Origin: an uncultured Rhodanobacteraceae bacterium
GTDB lineage: Bacteria; Pseudomonadota; Gammaproteobacteria; Xanthomonadales; Rhodanobacteraceae
Assembly: GCA_964466115.1 (NCBI GenBank)
Contig: CAYXMH010000001.1
Span: 84,389 to 116,388, forward strand
Reading direction: 5' to 3'
Length of the DNA stretch: 32,000 nucleotides
Positions 1 through 9,006 of the stretch are shown here, one piece after another. Below the pieces are notes generated by a model. The model had not been told where the DNA came from, did no database searches, and saw only the letters and a program-made list of their open reading frames with translations. The first letter of the stretch is position 1. Each line of letters starts with the position of its first letter. The translations under genes were made by a program, and so were the position numbers.

Positions 1-52
1 TCATCTCCAAATCGATCCAGATCAAATTATCTTCGTTCAATACGATGGCCAT
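1..52 (-). CDS. orn: Oligoribonuclease, 5' end only (truncated by window edge)
   Basis: Hand translation of the minus strand from ATG at 52..50 gives MAIVLNEDNLIWIDLEMT, matching the invariant Orn N-terminus (NNLIWIDLEMTGL). Not in the supplied ORF track because it runs off the window. Confidence 0.85.
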   Translation of the reverse strand, partial: MAIVLNEDNLIWIDLEM

Positions 53-66
53 CGCGCTCCCTTGTT

Positions 67-1872
67 TTATACCCTATGGTTCGATTGTTTTCGCAGTAAC
101 GCGCCAAGGCCGGACCCGCGCTCGGGGCTGTGCGAAAGGCTTGCACGCAATACCGTTTCATTGCCCAAAATCGTAAGCCGCGAACGCGCCCGGCTGCATG
201 CGGTGTAAAGCCACTGGCGCGTTAGCAACGGGTGCGGCGCCTGCGGCAACACCAGGATAACATTTTCAAATTCCGAGCCTTGCGCTTTATGCACGGTCAT
301 TGCATAACTTAGCTCCCCATCGGGTAATTGGTCCTTGGCGAAATGGCGCAATTGCCCCTGCCCGTCATTAAACCAGGCGCGCAATGAAGATCCATCGCGC
401 CAAACAATCCCAGTATCGCCATTGTACAAGCCAAGGGCATGGTCATTGGCGGTCACCAATAACGGTGCGCCATGAAAAACATCGGGGGGTTCCTGCCATG
501 CCTTAAGACCCAGGTGTGCGCACGCCACGATCGCGTTTAACGAACGCGTGCCGCGGCTACCTTCGCGCACGGCGCAGAGCAGCCGAAAGCGCGCTAACGC
601 CTGCAATGCCTGCATGGGTTCATTGGCCTGCCTGATCTCACTTCGAAAACGCTGGGTTAATTGCAATAACTGATCTGCCCATTCACCCCGCACCGACGCC
701 GGTTCAATCAACGATAACTCCGTTTCTTCCTGCAAAAGAGCCATCATCGCATCGCCCTGGCCCATGCGTATGGCGGCAAGCAGCTTATCGATCCCGACAC
801 CCGCGGCATGACGATGGCTGCGCGCCAATGTCACGACGCAATCGGAAATGGGCGGCGCGGCAACCTCCGCCGGCGCCGCTTCATAACCATATGCAGCAAG
901 CCGATTCGCCAGCTCCGCACTAAAGGCATTGTTCGGGTTTATGTCACGCAATTCCGACAGCACGCAACCGGCTTCAACGGCAGCCAGCTGGTCTGGGTCG
1001 CCAATCAAAATAAGACGCGCAGTTTGCGGCAACGCGGCGAGCACGCGCGCCATGCTCGGCAGATCCACCATCGACACTTCGTCCAATACCAATACGTCCA
1101 ACGCCAACGGTGCGTCCTGGTGATGGCGAGCCTGCGTGCTTAAAAAATGGGTGCCAAGCAAACGGTGCAGGGTAATGGCGCTTCGTGGAATTTGGGTCTT
1201 AATGGATTCCGCAACCGGCAAGGCGATAAGATCACGGTTCAAACTTTCGCTTAGGCGCGCGGCCGCCTTGCCGGTGGGGGCGGCAAGTGCGATGCGCAAA
1301 GGATGAGGTGCTTGCAATTGCAACAACGCCAACAACCGCAAAACCAGCCAAGTTTTACCAGTGCCGGGGCCGCCACAGATTACCGTCAGGGCACTGCGTA
1401 AAACCAGTTGCGCGGCAATCACCTGCCAATCGGGTCCAGGTAACGATTGAGTTGGAAATACCAACTTTAGGTGTGCATGCAATTCGCTACCATCGCCGAG
1501 AGGTTCAATCCGGTAAGCCCGATTCAGCAAAGCCTCGGCCACCCGGCGTTCGTACTCAAAATAGCGGCGCAAATACAATCGCTCGCCATCGCAAATTAAC
1601 GGCGATTCACTACCCGGCACGCCAACCAAACCGGTGTCGAGCAGTGCGCTCAGCAAGTGGCCGACATCGCTTGGCGCGTGCGGTACCTGCGCGATCATGT
1701 CCGGTATCATCACCATAGGGACACAGGCATGGCCTTGCTGCACGGCGCAAGACAGCTCGACGATCACCCTCCGCATCCAGGCGAACGAACAGCCCGCCAA
1801 ATCAAGCAGGCAATCTGCCAGCGCCGCACCCAAGGCGTCGGCGTCGTTCGTGCTTGGCGAGATGGCATTCAC
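67..1872 (-). CDS. recD: Exodeoxyribonuclease V alpha subunit (RecD helicase)
   Basis: 601 aa; Walker A GGPGTGKT, Walker B-like VLDEVSMVD, GDPDQLAAVEAG, C-terminal YAMTVHKAQGSEFENV; start overlaps recB stop by 4 nt. Confidence 0.95.
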   Translation of the reverse strand: MNAISPSTNDADALGAALADCLLDLAGCSFAWMRRVIVELSCAVQQGHACVPMVMIPDMIAQVPHAPSDVGHLLSALLDTGLVGVPGSESPLICDGERLYLRRYFEYERRVAEALLNRAYRIEPLGDGSELHAHLKLVFPTQSLPGPDWQVIAAQLVLRSALTVICGGPGTGKTWLVLRLLALLQLQAPHPLRIALAAPTGKAAARLSESLNRDLIALPVAESIKTQIPRSAITLHRLLGTHFLSTQARHHQDAPLALDVLVLDEVSMVDLPSMARVLAALPQTARLILIGDPDQLAAVEAGCVLSELRDINPNNAFSAELANRLAAYGYEAAPAEVAAPPISDCVVTLARSHRHAAGVGIDKLLAAIRMGQGDAMMALLQEETELSLIEPASVRGEWADQLLQLTQRFRSEIRQANEPMQALQALARFRLLCAVREGSRGTRSLNAIVACAHLGLKAWQEPPDVFHGAPLLVTANDHALGLYNGDTGIVWRDGSSLRAWFNDGQGQLRHFAKDQLPDGELSYAMTVHKAQGSEFENVILVLPQAPHPLLTRQWLYTACSRARSRLTILGNETVLRASLSHSPERGSGLGALLRKQSNHRV

Positions 1873-4800
1873 GCGAACCGCCTACGATCGCCAAAGCAGC
1901 GATCCAAAGCCAGAATTAACTCAACCGGCGGCTGCACCACTTGTACCCCGCTCAAGGACACGTTTTCCTTCACACCGCGCACGAATACACACAATGCACC
2001 GCCCAAATTCGTTTCCGGTTCATACTGCGGGCCCAGTCGCAGCGCGAGATAGCGATGCAAAGCCAACAGATAAATCACCAACTGCAAGTCATAGCGATGC
2101 GATTGCATCGTTGCGGCAAGCCGATCGGGTGCGTAATCCGCTTCGTCACCACCCAAATAATTGCTTTTGTAGTCCAACACAAAAAAACGCCCCTGATTCT
2201 CGACTATTAAATCGATATAGCCATGCATCCATCCATGCAATCCGGTGGGCGTTTGCGCGAGTACGGCCAGCGCGTCGGCATAGTCACCAAACCGATTCGC
2301 AATCGCACCTATACTCTCCCTGGTAGAGCTCTCCAACGCGAAATGAAACTCCATTTCCTTGATCAGGCGGTTTGCAGGGACCCCGGCAAGCGCAAGCCCG
2401 GGCACCAATTCGGTATTCAGCAACCGCTTAATCCATTGCCGAAAAAGCGCTACGACGTCACGATCAAAACCGTATCGCTCGCTCACTTCAGCGATAAGAT
2501 TCCTAGCCAGACGATCGTCGGGATTTTGAAAATCGATTTGCTGCAGGATCGCATGCAAACACTCGCCCAGCAGAGCGCCGCGTGGAGCTTGCTCAGCTAA
2601 CGTGATTGAAAAACCCTCATCCCCGACCATGGAGCTATTCAAGAAACGTCGTTGATCAGCGCCACCATCAGAGGTTCCTGCGATTATTCTGGTGAAACTG
2701 TGGATGCTGCGTCGATCAGTGACATCCCGCGTAAATTCCCGCGCCGACAACGGCAAGCTCGTTGTATCCGCTTGCCATGGTGCACTTAAGCGTTCTGGCA
2801 TCCCGCAGACGGTGATAGCACCATCGCTGGCGTTGGCCAATTGCTGCAGCTGCGTTTGCAGCGCGGCATCGTCCAATTGCAGATATTGGGAATGCAATAA
2901 CGCGCCGTCCGGCGGAACGCCGTGAAACAAACGCGCACAAGGAGAATATTGCGCATCGGCAATCTTGCCCCAAACCAAATACAAACGATTGATGGCGCGC
3001 GTGCAGGCCACGTATGCACGCCTCATCGCCTCGGCGTAGTTCTCCCGCGCAGCGAGTTCTGCTCGCGACTCAAACGCGTCCGAACCAAGGTCGACTACCA
3101 CGCGCAAATCCTCCGGGTGATGACTAACCACCGGCGCCTGCTTGGCAATGCCGCGTGTTGCCTGCCATAAGAACGGCGCGAATACGATCGGATATTCCAA
3201 CCCCTTGCTGGCGTGAATCGTCACTATTTGAACCGCGTCGGCATCGCTGGCGCGGCGCAACCGCTCCGCGTCGTTCTCCGGGTTCGGACATTGGATGTAT
3301 CGTTCAAGTTGCTCGGCTTGCTCCTGTGCTCCATAACCTGCGTTGGATAGCTCGTTCAACAATTCACCGAGATGACGGAAATTCGCAATGCGACGCTGCC
3401 CATCCGCATAGATCAGGCAATGGGCGGAAAATTCATGCATCAATTCTTCGATCAGTGCTATCGGCCCATCGGCTTGCCACACGGCGGCAAGCGCTTGAAA
3501 GCGCTCGTGCACGCGTTCTTCTCGCACCGGATCGACCAGCAACTCAGCGATCAGCTTGGCGTTCCAACCCACGGTTTCGGTACTAAGCGCCGCACGCAGG
3601 TAGGAGCCGCGTCGCGGGTTAAGCATTGCTTGCACCAGCGACAAAAGATCCCGCGCCTGCGCGCTGGCGTACACGCTTTCGCGCGACAAGGTTGACGCCG
3701 CAACATTGCAAACCTGCAACGAACGCTCAATCAGCGCCGCCTGGTCATGAGTATTTACCAGCACCGCGATATCGCCGGCGCGCACGCTATGGCCGTCCAA
3801 AACCAATTCATTATCAGCGCCGGACGCCAATAAGCGCACAATCTCATCGGCGACCGCCGTCGCAACCGCCTTGGCCAATTTGCCGGTGCTATTGATTGGG
3901 CTATTGTGCGAGCTGTGCGCCGTCGCTTCCGTTACCGGGGCGTGCCACACCACCAAAGGATGGGGATTTGGCGTAAGAAACGCGCCGTTGCGCGGCCCAA
4001 GAGCCGCCACATTTTGCCACTCGATAAAATCGTATATGAAATTGTCTTTCGCCGCGAAAAGCACATTAACAGCCGATACCAATCTGGGTTCACTGCGGTA
4101 ATTGGTAGTTAAGGTACATAATTGACTTTTTGCAAGATTGCGCGCTTGTCCGTAGGCAAACACGTCGCCACCACGGAACCGGTAAATCGACTGCTTAGCA
4201 TCCCCGATCATCAACAAAGATCCGGCGTCCGCGTACAAGGCGCGAAAAATGGCAAACTGCTGTTGATCGGTATCTTGAAATTCATCCACCAGCGCCACTG
4301 GATAGCGCTCGCGCAAATGCGCGGCGAATTTGTCGCCGTTGGCAACCGTGAGCGCGTCGTGCACGCGCCCAATTAAGGCGTCGTACCCGTACACCGCGCT
4401 GGCATCCTCGCGCTGTTGCAACTCCCTCTGCGCGCTTAGCACCGTTTGACGCAACAATTTGGCTCGCTGCATACGGATAATCTTGGCTTGCACTTCCGCC
4501 AGGACCAACAATGCGTCTATCAGAGGGTGATCCGGCAGCGGCTTGCCTTGCCGGATAGCGCTCTCGGTCTGGCTGTTGCGAAAAAAATCGGGCTCGAATC
4601 GAACCAAATCGGCGGGCGCCGGCCAAGCGATGCGGCCACCACCAATCCATGCCGCCATATCTTGCAATAAACGGCTTACTTGGGCCGGCTTGTACCCTTT
4701 TTTCTCATCGGTACTAATGCCAAAACGCTTGTCGAACAAGAGCTCCATGCATCGTGCGGAATCCGCGCAAGCGATGGTAAACGCACGCGCGGCCGCTTGC

Positions 4801-5468
4801 TGGCGTTGTTGCAGTAGTTGCAGTTGCGCTTGCGGATCAGCAGGGTCAAACGCCTGCGTGGGCAATGTGAACAACCCTTGTATCGATTGAAACAGATGCG
4901 CGGGTGTGGCAAAGCATTGCAGCAGCCAAGCCGCATGCTCTTCGTCCTGGTGCAGTTCGCGCCGCCAAACGTCCTCGACAATCGAGCGCTTTAAGGGATC
5001 GGCGTTGGCGATGTCAAACCGCCCCAGCGACACCCCCGTCTGCAGCGCGTGATCGGTCAATACGCGCCGGCACCAACCGTGAATGGTAAAAATCGATGCG
5101 CGATCAAAATTCTGCAATGCCTGTAATAAGGCTTGTTGTTGCGTTGCTTGATCGACGCCGGATTTTTCGCATTGCGCGATCAACGCGTACAGGCGTTCGC
5201 GCTCGCGATCATCGGGATGCGGGTCGACATTCGCGGATAACACCGCGCAAGCCCAAGCCAAACGCCGGCGCAATCGCTCACGCAACTCCTCGGCAGCGGC
5301 TTCGGTAAAAGTAACCACCAAGATTTGCTCAACCTGAAAATTGCGCTCCAGCAACAACCGCAAATAAAGCCAAGCAATGCTAAACGTTTTTCCGGTGCCG
5401 GCGCTGGCTTCGACCAGACCGACGCCCGACAGCGGCATACGCAATAAATCCAGCGGTTGTGCACTCAT
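1869..5468 (-). CDS. recB: Exodeoxyribonuclease V beta subunit (RecB helicase-nuclease)
   Basis: 1199 aa; VEASAGTGKTFSIAWLYLRLL at the N-terminus, UvrD-like motifs (VDEFQDTD, IHASKGLEYPIVF), C-terminal nuclease motif FFVLDYKSNYLG. Confidence 0.96.
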   Translation of the reverse strand: MSAQPLDLLRMPLSGVGLVEASAGTGKTFSIAWLYLRLLLERNFQVEQILVVTFTEAAAEELRERLRRRLAWACAVLSANVDPHPDDRERERLYALIAQCEKSGVDQATQQQALLQALQNFDRASIFTIHGWCRRVLTDHALQTGVSLGRFDIANADPLKRSIVEDVWRRELHQDEEHAAWLLQCFATPAHLFQSIQGLFTLPTQAFDPADPQAQLQLLQQRQQAAARAFTIACADSARCMELLFDKRFGISTDEKKGYKPAQVSRLLQDMAAWIGGGRIAWPAPADLVRFEPDFFRNSQTESAIRQGKPLPDHPLIDALLVLAEVQAKIIRMQRAKLLRQTVLSAQRELQQREDASAVYGYDALIGRVHDALTVANGDKFAAHLRERYPVALVDEFQDTDQQQFAIFRALYADAGSLLMIGDAKQSIYRFRGGDVFAYGQARNLAKSQLCTLTTNYRSEPRLVSAVNVLFAAKDNFIYDFIEWQNVAALGPRNGAFLTPNPHPLVVWHAPVTEATAHSSHNSPINSTGKLAKAVATAVADEIVRLLASGADNELVLDGHSVRAGDIAVLVNTHDQAALIERSLQVCNVAASTLSRESVYASAQARDLLSLVQAMLNPRRGSYLRAALSTETVGWNAKLIAELLVDPVREERVHERFQALAAVWQADGPIALIEELMHEFSAHCLIYADGQRRIANFRHLGELLNELSNAGYGAQEQAEQLERYIQCPNPENDAERLRRASDADAVQIVTIHASKGLEYPIVFAPFLWQATRGIAKQAPVVSHHPEDLRVVVDLGSDAFESRAELAARENYAEAMRRAYVACTRAINRLYLVWGKIADAQYSPCARLFHGVPPDGALLHSQYLQLDDAALQTQLQQLANASDGAITVCGMPERLSAPWQADTTSLPLSAREFTRDVTDRRSIHSFTRIIAGTSDGGADQRRFLNSSMVGDEGFSITLAEQAPRGALLGECLHAILQQIDFQNPDDRLARNLIAEVSERYGFDRDVVALFRQWIKRLLNTELVPGLALAGVPANRLIKEMEFHFALESSTRESIGAIANRFGDYADALAVLAQTPTGLHGWMHGYIDLIVENQGRFFVLDYKSNYLGGDEADYAPDRLAATMQSHRYDLQLVIYLLALHRYLALRLGPQYEPETNLGGALCVFVRGVKENVSLSGVQVVQPPVELILALDRCFGDRRRFA

Positions 5469-8400
5469 AGGCTAGCCGCTAATAGTGGCGAGAAGAGCAA
5501 GCGTGCATGACGAATAAACTCCTCATCCACTAACGGCTCTTGGCCGCGGGCCAGCAAAGCTGCGTAAGGATCCGCCCTTTCCCCGCGGCTGTGTTCGCCA
5601 TTCCAAGCGTTCTCGGCCGCAACCATTGGCAACACGCCCTTTGCGTTGCGCGCAATGCGCTGCTCCGCGCGCACGTACGCCAGCTGTGAGCGGGGAAACA
5701 ACGGCAATGGTTGTACATAACTTTGCAAGTACAAGGCAACCAATTCGGTGAGAGCTTGCCGTGCCAAGGAAGCATCCACGACAGCAAACACCTGCTTTTG
5801 TGGCACTACCCCGGTTAAGCCAAATACAAATCGCGGCTGTTGCTTTATTTCAAGCAGCGCCTGCAGCAAATGTTTGAGCCAGGCTTCAAGCAAATCCCCC
5901 GCACGCAATTCGCCGGCTCGATAGAAAAGCAAACCGCCGGGTAATAATTCGACACTGGCGCACAACCGCACACCCGCCAGGTCCAGAGTAATCGCCCGCA
6001 TGCTACCCTTGAGTGGCGCATGCGGGCGCAACACCTCCGCCAATGCGAGCACTGAATCCCGTTCTAGCTGGTACAGTCGATCGCCGGCCGCCGCTGCCGG
6101 GAACAACCCACTACCGCGTAATGATTCGGGCATCCGTTCATGCAGCTCGTCTTTGACCGCCAAATCCAACATGGCGTCGCACGCGCGATAGCGCTCTAAA
6201 CCGGAAAGTATAAAAGGTTCATTGTCTATAATGTCTGTCGATTCTTTTGGGAATTCAATCCCCAACCGTTCCCGTAATTGGGTCTTGGCGGGATTGCGAA
6301 AAAACCGAATCAGGTCTGATAATGAAACCTCGCTTGGCGGAGTTAATTTTGGCCAACCCTCCACGAAGCGCCGTCCACCATCGCGGTTGGGTTTGCTGCG
6401 CGCGGCCGTTAGCCAATGAGCCGCAAAACTGCGTTCCCGTGCAAGACCCGAAAAATAATCGGGCGCAAATGGATATAGCCGATGCCGCCGAACCAAGCAC
6501 TGGTGCGCACGATCAATATCCCCGCCAAAACATTGGGCGCTAAGGAACTCCAACAACTCGTCCAATAAAATGGATGGCGGGCGTTGTTTGCCGTCCTGAA
6601 GATCGCAGGCCACATAGCTCAAATGCAGCGCCTGACGTGCGCAAAGCAGCGTCTCTAAAAACAGGAATCGCTCGTCGTCAGGACGAGAGCGATCACCCGC
6701 ACGCGGGTGGGCTTGCATTAAGTTGCAACTATCGCGGCTGACGGGACCGGGAAACTCACCGGTGTTCAACCCAAGTACCGCCACCACTCGAAATGGGATG
6801 GCGCGCATCGGAAGCAGAGTGCAAACGGTAACGCCCTCCCCGGGAAACTGGCTACTCAATGAGGATTGCTGCAACTCGCTTTCAAACGCCGCGCGCAGAT
6901 AGGGCAACGGCAAGGCATCGTTATACTGCGCTTGGTTTGCGGCCGCACCAAGAGCGACTATCACGCGCCGTAATTCATCGAGCACGTCAAGCGCCTCGGT
7001 GTCGCTCGCTGTGGGCGAAAAAAAATCGTCACACAGAGTGTGCATATGCTGCACCCAGTCGGCCATGCTTTTTTCCGTTTGCAACGTGTGTCTCAAGGCC
7101 GTCAGCTTTTCCAGTAATCGATTCAATTTGCCCAACGCCCGGACCGCTTGTCCTTCAAGATCGGTAAACGGTGCGACACCCCGCCATTGCGCGACGCCTT
7201 CGCCGCATGCGTACCCCACCAACAGCCGCTGCAGGCCAAACTGCCAGCTGTAATCGTTGTATTCACCAAGCCCGAGGCTTTGTCGAAATGCTGCATCAAG
7301 CCCCCAGCGAATGCCGCTATCCGAAACCCAATGAGTCAAAACCTCAAGCTCCGCTGATGTGATCTCAAATCGTTTTCTTAAACTGGGTAACGTCAGTAAA
7401 TCCAAAACCTCGGTTGCCGTAAATCGCCAATCGGGCAATTCGAGCAGTCGACGAAAAGTGTCGACTAAGCGGCTGTGCTGCAAGTACGAGCGATCGGCAA
7501 TACGGTAAGGAATGCGTTGGCGCAACGAAGCTGACGCAAAAATCGCCGTGACGTAATCCGCATAATCGTTGATGTTGGGGACCATCACTACGACGTCGCT
7601 GGGCTTTAAGCTGGCATCTTCTTGAAATTTCGCCAATAACGCGTCGTGCAATACTTCCACTTCACGCAGGCGGCTGGGGCAGGCATGAATTCGAAGGCTG
7701 CTGTCTTCCAAAGCCGGCAATCCGGCGCATTCTTCTGGTGCAATGAGAACAATGCTTTTTTGCAATTGAGTTAATAAAGATCGACTATCGGGAATGTCAA
7801 AAGCATCGCGTTCTTCCTGTTGATCGCCCGTGTGCAGCCGTCGCAGCAGTTCACGCCCCGACTTGCCCCACGATGCCAACAGCGGGTGCCCCACTTCGTG
7901 GTATTGCTCACCACCAGACCGGTTGTATTTGCTCCACAACGTTTTTAGTCGCGCCAGCTCGCGCTGCGAAAAAAGATCGGCCCAATAATGCAAACTGGGA
8001 TTAAGTTGGTACAGCGTAACGCGACGAATGGCGCCTAACGATCGCAACAAATCCAAATAAACCGGCGCCAATTGACTGACCCCAAAACAATAAATGCGTT
8101 GCGGTAAAACCGATCGATCGCCATATTCATCCAAGCCATCGCACAGTGAAAACCATTGCTCCAGCAAGACGCCACGGTGCGGCTGTTTGATGTCTTCTCG
8201 CAATTCTCGCCACAGTTTGGCCTGCAATAGCTCAAAGGAGCCAAGCCCGAGGTATTTGCCCTGCTCCCACGCACTTATCCAATCGCGCCGATACACAAGA
8301 TAGTGGTCATACAATTGCGCCAAACGCGCGGCCAATTCATACCACCGCAACCCATGGGAGCGGTTGTTGTGTGGGTCTTTATTGAAATACGCGTCGACTT

Positions 8401-8746
8401 CGCTCAGCTGAGATTGCTGTAGCACCTTTGGCAACGCACTCAGAATGCGCCAAACCAACGTGCCGGGCTCATAACCGGACTGGGGCGGCAGTGGACCAAA
8501 CGCCTCGTTCAATACGCGCCAAGCAAAGCTCGCTGGTAGGGGAAATTCGATATTGGCGCACACGCCAAGTCTTTGCGTTAGCCAAAGTTTCAACCAACGC
8601 GCCATTCCTGGGTGAGGAACAACAACCAAATCGGGTCGCAGCGTCGGGTCTTGATGCGGCTCACTGAGGCGCTGCGCCAAATCTTGCGCCAATCGCTCCA
8701 ACCGATTGCCGTGCACCAATGTAAAAACACCAGGGGATGTGGCCAT
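5465..8746 (-). CDS. recC: Exodeoxyribonuclease V gamma subunit (RecC)
   Basis: 1093 aa; N-terminus GVFTLVHGNRLERLAQDLAQRL...VVVPHPGMARWLKLWLTQRLGVCANIEFPLPASF typical of RecC; 4-nt overlap with recB. Confidence 0.95.
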   Translation of the reverse strand: MATSPGVFTLVHGNRLERLAQDLAQRLSEPHQDPTLRPDLVVVPHPGMARWLKLWLTQRLGVCANIEFPLPASFAWRVLNEAFGPLPPQSGYEPGTLVWRILSALPKVLQQSQLSEVDAYFNKDPHNNRSHGLRWYELAARLAQLYDHYLVYRRDWISAWEQGKYLGLGSFELLQAKLWRELREDIKQPHRGVLLEQWFSLCDGLDEYGDRSVLPQRIYCFGVSQLAPVYLDLLRSLGAIRRVTLYQLNPSLHYWADLFSQRELARLKTLWSKYNRSGGEQYHEVGHPLLASWGKSGRELLRRLHTGDQQEERDAFDIPDSRSLLTQLQKSIVLIAPEECAGLPALEDSSLRIHACPSRLREVEVLHDALLAKFQEDASLKPSDVVVMVPNINDYADYVTAIFASASLRQRIPYRIADRSYLQHSRLVDTFRRLLELPDWRFTATEVLDLLTLPSLRKRFEITSAELEVLTHWVSDSGIRWGLDAAFRQSLGLGEYNDYSWQFGLQRLLVGYACGEGVAQWRGVAPFTDLEGQAVRALGKLNRLLEKLTALRHTLQTEKSMADWVQHMHTLCDDFFSPTASDTEALDVLDELRRVIVALGAAANQAQYNDALPLPYLRAAFESELQQSSLSSQFPGEGVTVCTLLPMRAIPFRVVAVLGLNTGEFPGPVSRDSCNLMQAHPRAGDRSRPDDERFLFLETLLCARQALHLSYVACDLQDGKQRPPSILLDELLEFLSAQCFGGDIDRAHQCLVRRHRLYPFAPDYFSGLARERSFAAHWLTAARSKPNRDGGRRFVEGWPKLTPPSEVSLSDLIRFFRNPAKTQLRERLGIEFPKESTDIIDNEPFILSGLERYRACDAMLDLAVKDELHERMPESLRGSGLFPAAAAGDRLYQLERDSVLALAEVLRPHAPLKGSMRAITLDLAGVRLCASVELLPGGLLFYRAGELRAGDLLEAWLKHLLQALLEIKQQPRFVFGLTGVVPQKQVFAVVDASLARQALTELVALYLQSYVQPLPLFPRSQLAYVRAEQRIARNAKGVLPMVAAENAWNGEHSRGERADPYAALLARGQEPLVDEEFIRHARLLFSPLLAASL

Positions 8747-9006
8747 GAAAGATGATCAGCAGAAAAAACGAACGGCAAGGGTCCCAACGGCACGACCAAT
8801 TAACATATTAACAATAAAATCATATAGTTATAATAAATTCGTTCATTCAAATCGAGCATATGAGAATCCCCCCATGGAGACGATCCAGATTGCATTCGCG
8901 GCGTCTCACGCCCTGAGAACTGTTTAACGACTGCGCGAATCATTTGAATTGACACCCCCAAGCCGCTACTCTGCACCGATTCAGGCGTTAGCAACAAGGG
9001 GCGGGC

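Noticed and set aside
5530-8667. Many small ORFs (60-127 aa) on either strand within recC and recB
   Set aside because: They are shadow ORFs in high-GC coding regions, fully inside well-supported genes.
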